Program-made: the position numbers and the translations under genes
Shown: positions 37,428 through 49,635 of the stretch, piece by piece
Position numbering within the stretch: position 1 is the first letter of the stretch
Layout of the letters: every line of letters begins with the position of its first letter
From: Malacoraja senta
Lineage: Eukaryota
Assembly: GCA_038087875.1 (NCBI GenBank)
Contig: CM075995.1
Coordinates: 746,001 to 809,812 of the forward strand
Direction of reading: 5' to 3'
DNA length: 63,812 nucleotides
The notes under the pieces: generated by a model
Seen by the model: the letters and a program-made list of their open reading frames with translations, nothing else
Told to the model about the DNA's origin: nothing
The model's database searches: none

Positions 37428-38136
37428 TTATGGACTTGGACCCCAAGAAACCGCTGTACATCAATGCTGTTAAAGATCTAGCCATTAGTTGCATATTTCC
37501 CCCTTCGCGTTCGATCTCCCAAAGTGCAACAACTCACACTTGCTCAGGTTAAACTCCATCTGCCATTTCTCCACTAATTTCCACAGTTTGTACTTCTGTA
37601 CTTGGTGGGCATGTTGGTTTGAAATCTGAGACACCTCGTCTTTTACTTTAAGCTAGTGTTTAAAACAGGAATATTGCCTCCTGGGAACGAGTTACTTTTT
37701 TCTGATATAACACAAAATGCTGGAGTAACTCAGCGGGACAGGCAGCATCTCTGGAGAGAAGGAATGGCTGACGTTTCGGGTCGAGACCCTTCTTCAGACT
37801 CTGTCCAGACTGTCTGTCTGTCTTCAGTCTGAAGAAGGGTCTCGACCCAAAACGTCACACAGTCCTTCTCTCCAGAGATGCTGCCTGTCCCGCCGAGTTA
37901 CTCCAGCACTTTGTGTCTATAGCAATTTAAACCAACATCTGCAGTTCCTTCCTACACTTAGTTACTTTTCTCCGTTGCACACCATTAAAACGATAAATTG
38001 GCAGCTAGATGTTGGTTAATTGTGTAACATATTTGCTACAAGTAACAGTGGATCTGCACCCTTTTAAGAACTGTAGCATTCGACAGACTGCACTCCAGTG
38101 TACATTGCAACAATATTTGGTAAGAAGCTTTCTTAA

Positions 38137-38692
38137 AGGGGCTGTCCCACTTGGGGGACCTAATTGGCAAGTTTAGAAGAGTTTAGGAGAGTTTGAAAAA
38201 ATGTCATGTTGAAGACCTCCTTCGACTATGTACAAGACCTCCTTCGACCTCCTTCGACTATGTTGAAGACTAGTTACGACTAGCTATGACTAGCTTTGAG
38301 AAAATTGGACACCGAATAGGGGAGAGTGAAGACGACCTCCTTCAACCTCCTTCGACCTCCCTTCGACTATGATGAAGACAATCTACAACTACCTTCAACT
38401 ACCCTCGATTACCTACAACTAACATGCCGACCTACTACGACCTACTACGACTAAACCTACGAGTAAAAAAGGTATCGATTTTTTCCATGGCGACCTTTTT
38501 TTACTCGCGGGCATTTTCCAACATGTTGAAAAATACACTGCGACCTAGCTGAGGCCTCGAGTACACGGGGACCACTCTCGAGCATGAAGGAGAGTTAAAA
38601 AGACCTCCTACGACCTCGTGTCGACCATGCTGCGAGTACGAGTTGAGGGCAAACTCGCCAGATCTCGCGGATGAGGTCGCATAGTGGACACG
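38137..38692. mobile_element. PIF/Harbinger-like MITE, inverted relative to 36845-37427
   Basis: TAA then AGGGGCTGTCCCAC; body is the reverse complement of the previous copy; right TIR degenerate. Confidence 0.8.
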
Positions 38693-39255
38693 CAGCGGAG
38701 AAATTGTGAGTGTCTCTCTATGTTTTCTAATTTAATTTTAAACGAACTTTTGTATTAAAATTAAAACATTTGAATTGAATAACTTTGTGTTTCTCCGTCC
38801 AGTTAGCGAGATGGTCCCAGAAGCGCTGGTTAATGAAACTGTAAATCGTGGACTTTGTGGCTGAAAATTAACGTAGCACCTGAATGATACACCAGCAAAC
38901 TATGCGATTCATGTGAGATAAATAAAGACACTCGAGCTGCTGGTTTTCCAAATAGGCAACCCCGAGAAAGACAAGTTTACACTGCAGATAGACACAAAGT
39001 GCTGGATGAACTCAGCGGGACAGGCAGCATCACTGGAGAGAAGGAATGGGTGACGTTTCAGGTCGAGACCCTTCTTCAGTCTGAAGTCTCCAGAGATGCT
39101 GCCTGTCCCGCTGAGTTACTCCAGCATTTTTCAGTCTATCTTCGGTGTAAACCAGCATATGCAGTTCCTCCCTACAAGTTTACCCTGCACATTGACCATG
39201 TTAAATAAACCGGATCAGATGAAGGTAAAGTTGTTGATATACCTTGTCGAAACAA

Positions 39256-39500
39256 AGAACTGCAGACGCTAGTTTACAAGAGAAGGCACAAAGTGCTGGA
39301 GTAACTCAGCCGGTTCGGGAGCATCTCTGGGGAAACAGAACTGCAGGGGCTAGTTTACAAGAGAAGGCACAAAGTGCTGGAGTAACTCAGCCGGTTCGGG
39401 AGCATCTCTGGGGAAACAGAACTGCAGAGGCTAGTTTACAAGAGAAGGCACAAAGTGCCAGAGTAACTCGGCGGGTCAGGGAGCATCTCTGGGGAACAGG
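39256..39500. repeat. 81-bp tandem repeat x3 derived from the Penelope pLTR end
   Basis: AGAACTGCAG recurs at 39256, 39337 and 39418. Confidence 0.85.
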
Positions 39501-40499
39501 AATAGATGACGTAAGGCCAGCAGCATAATCAAGGACCAGTCTCACCCCAGTCACTCCCTCTTCTCCCCTCTCCCATCAGGCAAGAGGTACAGAAGAGTGA
39601 AAACGCACACCTCCAGATTTGGGGACAGTTTCTTCCCGGCTGTTATCAGGCAACTGAACCATCCCACAAACAACTAGAGAGCAGTCCTGACCAACCATCC
39701 TCATCATTGAAGACCGTCGGACCATCTTCAATCAGACTTTACTGGAGTTGGGTTTGAGGATTTCCCATGAGTTATCTTTGATCCCGATCCAGACGCTCTC
39801 TTTTTTTGATGTTCAGAATGGCCTCCATCATGTGTGTGTCTCCAATTAGGTTTAATCTGCCCATCCAATCTAACTGTGGACGTACATCCCCAGATTCCAC
39901 CAGTGACTTGTTCACATGTGCAGTCGAGCATAAGTGGGTTTTATCAGGCACAATGCCCAGTAGACACAGAACTGACAAAGCAAACCCAACACAAAACGGG
40001 CATTTGCTTGACATGCATCTAGTTGGATTGGAAAGTTCAGCTTAACAATTAGATTTCAGAGTGAGCAGAGCCACTTTCATTTCTCACAGTGATATGAATA
40101 CACTGTGTGGGTGTCATCTGATTCATTGTGCGAAAATCTGCTCGTTCCGGCCCTCTCCCTAATTGTAATCCATCGCCTTACTTCAACTGCGATGATTGTC
40201 AGAGGGGAACAAGCTATTCTGAGTGCAGACAGGGTGGATTGAAGGGAACAAATACTGCAATGGATGTTGCTGGAGTAACTCAGCAGGACAGGCAGCATCT
40301 CTGGATAGAAGGAATGGGTGACGTTTCGGGGTCGAGACCCTTCTTCAGACACCAGCGTTTTTGTGTCTATCTTCGGAGTAAACCAGCATCTGCAGTTCCT
40401 GCCTACAAATAAATGTTGTTTACTGATGAATCAGAACTATCGCTTACAGTACAATTTTACTTATGCACTAATGCTGAGGCTCTATAGGGCAGTGGGCAG

Positions 40500-40930
40500 G
40501 TGCTATAGACTTGCACGGGAAGGTAGACGCTCCCGCCCCCACGAGTCTCGGGAAGATGGGGCTCGTCAGCCTGGGAAGGCAGTCCATCTAGGAGAGGGAA
40601 AACTGATTTAAAACCTCCACTGCCTTGTGGCCATATCCAGTCATGGAAAAGGCTCCAGGAGTAAACCTCAAGAAAATCCGGAGTCGGAGCCCCTAAGGCA
40701 GTTCGTTGTTGTCTACAACCTCGCTCTGGCAGCTCCTGCGACGGCGCTGGTGCCAAACTGTAATGGCCCTGCTGTTCCTTTGGATCGATCAGCGACGTGG
40801 AGAGGGGGGACGTGCTGCATGGGCAACAGCCTGTCCTCCATATGACATCGCCCAGGCTTGCATCTGACCGCACATCACCTGCAAACTAGGATGCATCACC
40901 CATGGCCAGTCATGACCGAGGGGGGCCTAC
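40500..40930 (+). mobile_element. Non-autonomous RTE-type element inserted in a CR1
   Basis: RTE-5'UTR-like GGCAGTCCATCTAGGAGAGGGAAAACT; 3' end shared with 21009-21436; diverged ~18-bp TSD (CTATAGGGCAGTGGGCAG / CTGTAAGGCACTGGTCAG). Confidence 0.6.
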
Positions 40931-41800
40931 TGTAAGGCACTGGTCAGACCGTATTTGGAGCGTTGAAGGCAATTTTGGGCCCCATATCTGAGGAAGGATG
41001 TGCTGGCATTGCAGAGGGTCCAGAGGAGGTTTACGAGAATGATCCCAGGAATGAGTTGGGTTAACATAAGATGAGCGTTTGACGGCACTGGGCCTGTACT
41101 CGTTGGAATATAGAAGGATGAGGGGGGACCTCATTGAAACTTACTGAATAGTTAAAGGCCTGGATAGAGTGGATGTGGAGAGGATGTTTCTACTAGTGGG
41201 AGAGTCTAGGACCAGAGGGCATAGCCTCAGAATTAAAGGGCGTATTATTAGAAAGGAGATGAGGAGGAATTTCTTGAGTCAGTGGGCGGTGAATCTGTGG
41301 AATTCATTGCCACAGACGGCTGTGAAGGCTGTCAATGGGTATTTTTAAAGCAGAGATTGATAGGTTCTTGATTAGTCAAGGCCCTGTCCCACTTTCTCGA
41401 GTTACTCACGAACTCTCCCAAGTTTTCCCCTTGATTCGAACTCGGGGAATGCCGGGTAATGTCGGTAGCGAGTCCTTAGGAGTCCGTAGATGTTTCGTAG
41501 CAGCTCGTTATGCCAGCCGTACGAACTCGGGGCATGTTGAAAAATGTCCACGAGTTTAAAAAAAAATAGCCCCGAGTACCTACGAACGGCTATCACCGTA
41601 ATTCTCCGAGTTCGAATCAAGGGGAAAACTCGGGAGAGTTCGTGAGCAACTCGGGAAAGTGGGAAAGGGCCTTAAGGGTGTCAAGGATTATGGGGAGAAG
41701 GCAGGAGAATGGGGTTAGGAGGGAGAGATAGATCAGCCATGATTGAATGGCGGAGTAGACTTGATGGGCAGAATGGCCTCATTCTGCTCCCATGGCTTAT
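40931..41800 (+). mobile_element. CR1 LINE 3' fragment interrupted by a MITE
   Basis: CR1 ORF2 end and 3' UTR resume after 41672. Confidence 0.88.
41379..41672. mobile_element. PIF/Harbinger-like MITE with long TIRs
   Basis: AGGCCCTGTCCCACTTT..AAAGTGGGAAAGGGCCT, long imperfect inverted arms, TCA/TAA flanks. Confidence 0.8.
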
Positions 41801-42134
41801 GAACTTAGAAATTTACAATTTAACAAAAGTTAATTTATCTCCAAAGACGGCAGAACTCAAGAGGCAGAGGGGTGATCTTATAGGGTGATATATAAAATTA
41901 TGATTGAGATAAGGTGACTGCACTTTTACCAGAGTAGGGGAATCAAGAACCAGAGGACATAGGTTTAAGGTGAGAGGGGAACAATTTAATAGGAACCTGA
42001 GTGGCATCGTCTTCATGCAGAGGGTGGTGGGTATATGGAACAAGCTGCCAGAGGAGGTAGTTGAGGGAGGTATTATAACAGGATAAAGACACTTTGACAG
42101 GCACATGGACAGGAAAGGTTTGAAGGGAATGTTT

Positions 42135-42355
42135 AAGAAAGAACTGCAGATGCTGGTAAAATCGTAGGCAGACCAAAAATGCTGGGGAAACTCAGCGGGT
42201 GAGGCAGCATCTATGGAGAGAAGGAATCAGCGATGTTTCGGGTCAAGACCCTTCTTCAGACTGAAGAAGGGTCTCCACCCAAAACGTCGCCAATTCCTTC
42301 TCTCCATAGATGCTGCTTCACCCGCTGAGTTTCTCCAGCATTTTTTTCCACCTAA
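42135..42355. repeat. Palindromic head-to-head pair of Penelope pLTR ends
   Basis: Arms meet at CCCTTCTTCAG-A-CTGAAGAAGGG. Confidence 0.8.
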
Positions 42356-42477
42356 TGTTTAAAGGGATATTGATCAAAGGTGGGCAAAGGAGACTAAGTT
42401 AAATGGGGCATTGTGGTCAGTGTGGACAAGTTGGGCTGAAGTGCCTGTTTCCACGCTGTATGACCCTATGACCACCA

Positions 42478-43205
42478 GGGGCGCCGCACGATTGGCAGCC
42501 CCGCCAACAGTCTGTTTGTCTTTTTGTCTTTTTTAAATTTTCAGTGCATTTTAAATCTATGTGTAAATGTTCTCCAGTTTGTTTTATGTGGGGGGAGGGG
42601 GAGGCGGTTCGGGGGAAACTTTTTTTCAGTTTCTTACCTTGCTGGAAATGAGATTTTTTTCCGGGTCTCATCTCCGGCCGCTCTGCGGCCTACCATCGAT
42701 GGAGCTGGAGGCCTCCTTGGACTGACCTTGAGCCCCACTGCGGGGAGTGGACATAACATCGGAGTCGATCCCTTGCCTGGGGTCGCTCCAACCTGCGGCC
42801 TGCGGCCTGCGGACTTTACCAGCGCGAGCTCGCAGTCTCGGGAGAGGCTAGTCGGGAGCTCCAGCGACACAGAGGCTCGACCAGCCCCGACCCAAGGTTC
42901 CATCGTCCGGCGCGGGGGAGCTGACATCCCCCCCCCCCCCCGATGCAGGAGCTGATCGCCCCAATACGGAGGGCCCGCCGCTGGCTACAGGAGTCAAGAT
43001 CATCACATCAACGGAGGTTAGAGGCCCCCGACCGCGGGGGTGCAAAGAAGGGAAGAGATTTGAACTTTTATTTCGCCTTCCATCACAGTGAGGAATGTGG
43101 AGGAGTCACTGAGGTGGATGTTTATGCTAAAATGTATTTTGTGTGTTCCGTTGCTTTTTACTTGTATGACTGACCTGGCAAATGAAATTCCTCGTATGTT
43201 GCATA
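42478..43205 (+). mobile_element. GC-rich non-coding non-autonomous retroelement, family B
   Basis: Homologous along its length to 53275-53968 (-); subterminal TCCATCACAG.GAGG block shared with family A. Confidence 0.7.
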
Positions 43206-44192
43206 ACTAGACCATAAGTCAATAAGACCATAAGACAGAGAGTAAAATTAGGCCAATTGGCCTATTGAGTCTACTCCGCCATTTGATCAATGCTGAACTA
43301 TTTTTCTCGCTTAACCCCATTCTCCTGCTTTCTCCCCATAACCTTTGATGCCCTTACTAATCAAGAAACTGTCAATCTCCGCTTTAAAAATACCCAATGA
43401 CTTGGCCTCCACAGCCATCAGTTTCTCAGTTTCCTCCACAATTCCTCAGTTTCACCACCTGAAGAAATTCCTCCTCATCTCCTTCCTGAAAAGAAGTCCT
43501 TTAATTCTGAGGGTCCTAGACTCTACCACTAGTGGAAACATCCTCTCCATATCCACTCTGTATAGGCCTTTCACTATTCCCCCCCCTCGTTCTTCAAAAC
43601 TCCAGCGAGTACAGGCCCAGTGCCGTCAAACGCTCAGCATTGGTTAACCCACTCATTCCTGGGATCATTCTTGTACTTCTCCTCTGGACCCTCTCCAGAG
43701 ACGGCACATCCTTCCTCAGATCTGGTGCCCAACGGCATTCAGTAAGCTGCCGTTTAGCTTTCTCAGTTCCACCAGCGCCACCTTTGCTTGATGCCCCCAC
43801 TCCTCCCTCCACCTCTGCCACGTTGGTCAAGCACGTGTCACCAGTCATCAATGCATGCATGTGGCATTCACATTACATGACTTTCACCCCTAGCCTGTAG
43901 CACTTACATACATTATGGTAACAATATGCTTCATTGATGCACTAATAAAGTTTAGCGCTGAATTTCAAGAGACCACTGCGGAAAATGAGAGGTGGCTGTA
44001 TTTTCAGAAACGTCCTGATTGGAAAATCAACAACTGATTGGTACACACTTAGTTTCGTTCAATTTAGAGATACAGCGCGAAAACAGGCCTTTTGGCCCAC
44101 CGTATCCGTGCCGACAAGCAATCACTAACACAATCCTACACATACAAGGGATAATTTACAATTTTTACCGAAGCCAAATTATCCTACAAACC

Positions 44193-45014
44193 ATCATCGA
44201 TGAGGCCCTCACTAAGGTCTCCTCAATATCCCGCAGCTCTGTTCTTGCTCCCCCTCCCCCCGGTTCGTAACAGGGACGGAGTTCCCCTCGTCCTCGCCTT
44301 CCACCCCATCAGCCGTTGCATGCAGCACATGATCCTCCGACATTTTCGCCACCTCCAACGGGATCCCACCATTAGTCACATCATCCCATCTCCACCCCTT
44401 TCCACTTTCCGCAGAGACTGTTCCCTCCGATACTCCCTGGTCAACTCGTCCCTTCCCACCCAAACCACCCCCTCCCCAGGTACTTTCCCCTGCAACCGGA
44501 GGAGATGCAACACCTGTCCCTTTACCTCCCCCCTTGACTCCATCCAAGGACCCTGACAGTCCTGTCAGGTGAGGCAGAGGTTCACTTACACCTCCTCCAA
44601 CCTCATCTACTGTATCCGCTGTTCCAGGTGTGGACTCCTGTACATCGGCGAGACCAAGCGCAGGCTTGGCGATCGTTTCGCTGAACACCTCTGCTCAGTC
44701 CACCTAAACCTACCTGATCTCCCTGTTGCTCAACACTTTAACTCCCCCTCCCATTCCCACACTGACCTTTCTGTCCTGGGCCTCCTCTACTGTCAGAGTG
44801 AGGCCCAGCGCAAATTGGAGGAAAAGCACCTCATATTTTGCTTGGGCAGCTTACACCCCAGCGGTATGAATATTGACTTCTCTAACCCTTGCTTTCCCTC
44901 TCTCTCCATCCCTCCCCCTTCCCAGTTCTCTGATAGTCTGACTGTCTCAGACTACACTTTATCTCTGTTTGCTTTGGTATTAACTTCTCCCAGCTAACAA
45001 TTATCTATAAAGGA

Positions 45015-45088
<74 letters not shown>

Positions 45089-45305
45089 TCCATATTTTCC
45101 TTGATCTCCATTCCCTTTGTCCTGTTTTCACACTTTCACACTTCCTTATCTATCTGTCTCCCTCCCCCCTGACATCAGTCTGAAGAAGGGTCTCGACCCG
45201 AAACGTCACCCATTTCTTCTCTCCAGAGATGCTGCCTGACCTGCTGAGTTACTCCAGCATTTTGTGTCTATCTTTGGTTTAAACCAGCATCTGCAGTCCT
45301 TTCAT
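44193..45305 (+). mobile_element. Penelope-like element (Neptune-type) 3' part: RT C-terminus, Cys linker, GIY-YIG endonuclease, pLTR
   Basis: RD.VPLVL.FHP..CNRRRCNTC; NLIYCIRCSRCGLLYIGETKRRLGDRFAEH..VAQHFN; premature stop; (TATC)n at 45016-45088. Confidence 0.92.
45176..45212 (+). ncRNA. Minimal type I hammerhead ribozyme motif in the Penelope pLTR (representative copy)
   Basis: CTGAAGA-A-GGGT(CTCG)ACCC-GAAA-CGTC; stem I only ~2 bp. Confidence 0.6.
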
Positions 45306-46865
45306 CCACATATCCTACAAACCCGTACGTCTTTGGAGTGTGGGAGGAAACCGGAGCACCCGGGGAAAGGTACAAACCCTGTACAGAGAGCATTCGTAGT
45401 AGGGATCCAACCTGAATCACTCGAGCAACTCTACCGCTGCGCCACCGTGCTGCCATTGCAATAATAAACCTTGCGCTTGACATTGTGCCATACACAGATG
45501 CTAACTGCCTTCTTAATCAAACCACAAAGCTATTTCTGATCCAGACCATTACGCTCATCTCCAGTTACAAATAGAAAGTGTGGGTGATGTGATGTCAGTT
45601 CTAGACCTTTATCTCAGCGGTGGCTCAGCGGTAGAGTTGCTGCCTCACAGCGCCAGGGACCCGGGTTTGATCCTGACTACGGGTGCTGTCCGTACGGAGT
45701 TTGTACTTTCTCCCCGTGACCTGCGTGGGTTTTCTCCGGGATCTCCGGTTTCCTCCCACACTCCAAAGACGTGCAGGTTTGTGGGTTAATTGGCTTGGTA
45801 CAATTGTAAATTTTCCCCAGTGTGTAGGATAGTGTTAGCGCGCGGGGATTACTGGTCCGTGCGAAATCGATTGGCTGAAGGACTTTTGTCCGAGCTGTAT
45901 CTCTAAACTAAAATACTTGCAGCAGCATGACAGTCCAGTAAGCACGATACACATAGATAATATGTAATAATATATATTAAATAATATATATGATAAATAA
46001 TATATATATAATAAATAATATATATTATACAAAGGTAGACAAAAATGCTGGAGAAACTCAGCGGGTGAGGCTGCATGCTCAGTTTCTCCAGCATTTGCAG
46101 TTCTTTCTTAAACAAATATATTGTACATATACACACACATGCACGCACCCATATATATATATATATGTGTGCGTGTGTATAATAAACAGTAATAAATAGT
46201 AATATAAAATAAATAATAATGTATGGCAGCATGGTGGTGCAGCGGTAGAGTTGCTGCCTTACAGCGCCAGTGACCTGGGTTCAATCCTGACTACGGGTGC
46301 TGCCTGTACGGAGTTTGTACAGTCGGTAACATAGTGCAAAGGCTTGTTCACTCCTTCGTCTGTCAATCGTCAATGCACATTTTTCTAGCTGTTTTTTAAG
46401 CTACTTACTGAATTGAACCGTGCTGCAGCTGCATGTTGCAGGAAGTATGCAGCGTGGGGAGCGGGTAACGTGGGTTGTTGCGCATTGCAACTGACCTAGT
46501 CCCTGCCACATCATGCACGCTAATGCACCGAACTAACCGCTCACAAGTAACTTGGCGACAACAGTTCACAAGTGGTAGGAGCAAAAATTAGGCCATTTGG
46601 CCCATCAAGTCTACCCCACCGTTCAATCGTGGCTGACCTATCTTTCCCTCTCAACCCCATTCTCCTGCCGTACCAAGTAGGAATCTTATCAACACCTTAA
46701 ATATATCCATGGACTTGGCCTCCACAGCCGTCTGCAGCAGGAAGAGCTTCCCCACCTCCGTTTCTCGACGGGATCTTCAATGACTGAAGATTGGATGTGG
46801 ATGTGATGAGATTGGATGGGCGGTTGGCAAAGTCAAGACTGTGCTGAGCGAGGGTGGAACTAGAA

Positions 46866-47244
46866 AATAATAATAATAATAATAATAATGGATGGGATTT
46901 ATATAGCGCCTTTCCAATACTCAAGGCGCTTTACATCGCATTATTCATTCACTCCTCAGTCACACTCGGTGGTGGTGAGCTACTTCTGTAGCCACAGCTG
47001 CCCTGGGGCAGACTGATGGAAGCGTGGCTGCTAATTTGCGCCTACGGCCCCTCCGACCACCACCAATCACTGACACACATTCACACACATTCACACACAT
47101 TCATACACATTCACACGCAGGCAAAGGTGGGTGAAGTGTCTTGCCCAAGGACACAACGACAGTATGCACTCCAAGCGGGATTCGAACCGGCTACCTTCCG
47201 GTTGCCAGCCGAACACTTAGCCCATTGCGCCATCTGTCGTCTGC
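46866..47244 (-). mobile_element. tRNA-derived CORE-like SINE with L2-type tail (second copy)
   Basis: Nearly identical to 24644-24997. Confidence 0.85.
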
Positions 47245-48329
47245 ACCTTAAATATATCCATGGACTTGGCCTCCACAGCCGGACCAAATGGACGCCTGTC
47301 CCTATCCGAGATTCAAAGGAAGATATCCTGTGATTCAGTGAGTGTTTGGGGTGCACTCTGGCGAGAGCCCCAGTTGGTCACAGAGCATGAAGCAGAGGTC
47401 CTGAAGACCAGGCCACATTGGCAAAGGAAAAAGGGCTGGACAAGGGTGAAGGAAGGAAGGAAGGAAGGAACCTGTAGATGCTGGTTTATACCGAAGATAG
47501 ACTCAAAATGCTGGAGTAACCCGGCGGGACGGGCAGCATCCCTGGAGAAAAGGAATCGGTGACATTTCGTGTCGGGACCTTTCTTCGGGACAAGGGTTCT
47601 GGCCAAGATTTCTGTTCGGCAGGGTGGCGCAACTGGGTGAGAATTAAATGACATTCCTCAAGGAAGGAGATGAGAAGAACGAGAAGAAATGGTGAATTTG
47701 TGGAATTCTTTGCCACAGAAGGCAGTGGAGGCAGTCAATGGATATTTTTGAGGCAAAGATAGATAGATTCTTGATTAGTCAGGGTGTTGGTGGTTATGGG
47801 GAGAAAGGAGATGATTGGGGTTAGGAGGGAGAGATAGATCAGCCATGATTGAATGGCAGAGTAGACATAGAGTGATACAGTGTGGAAACAGGCCCTTCGG
47901 CCCAATTCGCCCACCCTGGCCAGCTTGACGGGCCGAATGGCCTAATTCTGCTCCTATCACTTATGAACTTATAGTTGGCTCCAGAAGCGTTGACATGATG
48001 AAGCTGCTCGACTTCCACCACAGAAGGGTATACTCCGGGCTTGACAAGATGTAACTCTAATCTAAACCAAACCATCGTAAGCCCCCACAAGATGAATTTG
48101 TTTCTTCGATAAAGGAAACTTCACATCCTTACCTCGTCACATCTATATTGTTTTGAATTCCACGTTCGATTTTTAATCTGCTATGCTTACACTACAATCG
48201 CAGAGTCAAAGAGTCATACAGCGCAGAAACAGGCCCTTCAGCTCAACATTCCCACGCCGACCAACATGCCCCATCCACACATGTCCCAAATTATTGTACT
48301 CTTATGCTTATGTAACATACAAACATATA

Positions 48330-49635
48330 AAAAATAGAAAATAGTTGCAGGAGCCGGCCATTTGGCCCTTCGAGCCAGCACCGCCATTTAATATGATCGT
48401 GGTTGATCATCCACAATCAGTACCCCGTTCCTGCTTTCTCCCCATATCCCTAGATTCCGTTAGTCCTGAGCTATATATAACTTTTGCTTGAAAACATCCA
48501 GTGAATTGGCCTCCACTGCCTTCTGTGGCAGAGAATCCCTCAGATTCACAACTCTCTGGGTGAAAAGTTTTTCCTCATCTCAGTCCTAAATGGCCTACCC
48601 CTTATTCTTACACTGCGACCCCTGGTTCTGGACTCCCCCAACATCGGGAACATTTTTCCTGCATCGAGCCTGTCCAATCCCTTAAGTATCTTATATGTTT
48701 CTATAAGAGCCCCTCTCATCCTGCTAAATTCCAGTGACTACAAGTCCAGTCGATCCATTCTTTCATCATATGTCTGTCCTGCCATCCCGGGAATTAACCT
48801 GGTGAACCTACGCTGCACTCCCTCAATAGCAAGAACGTCCTTCCTCAAATTAGGAAACAAAAACTGCACGCAATACTCCAGGTGCGGTCTCAGCAGGGCC
48901 CTGTACAACTGCAGTAGGACCTCCTTCCTCCTAAACTGAAATCTTCTCGCTATGAAGGCCAGCATGCCATTTTCTTTCTTCATTGCCTGCTGTACCTGCA
49001 TGTTTACTTTCAGTGACTGATGTACAAGCACACCCAGGTCTCGTTGCTCCTCTTCTCCTAATCTGACACCATTCAGATAATAATCTTCCTTCCTGTTCTT
49101 GCCATCAAAATGGATAACCTCACATTTATCCGCATTAAACTGCATCTGCCATGCATCTGCCCACTCACCCAACCTATCCAAGTCACCCTGCAGCCTCATA
49201 GCATCCTCCTCGCAGCTTACACTGCCACCCAGCTTTGTGTCATCCGCAAACTTGGAGATGTTAAGTCTAAACCTTAGTCTAAATCGTTAATATATTTTGT
49301 AAATAACTGGGGTCCCAGCACCGAGCCTTGCGGCACCCCACTAGTCACTGCCTGCCATTCTGAAAAGGACCCGTTAATTCCTACTCTTTGCTTCCTGTCT
49401 GCCAACTAGTTCTCTATCCATGTCAATACCCTACCCCCAACATTTGCGCACTAATCTCTTGTGTGGGACCTTGTCAAAGGCTTTTTGAAAGTCCAGATAC
49501 ACCACATCCACTGGCTCTCCCTTATCCATTCTACTTGTTACATCCTCAAAAAATTCCAGAAGATTAGTCAAGCATGATGTCCCCTTCATACATCCATGCT
49601 GACTTTGACCGATCCTGTCACTGCTTTCCAAATGC
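48330..49635 (-). mobile_element. CR1 LINE 1.3-kb 3' fragment (RT domain)
   Basis: SQHG..KG.SCLTNLLEFFE..DVVYLDFQKAFDKVPH; W.MQFNADKC; QRRFTRLIPG. Confidence 0.95.
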
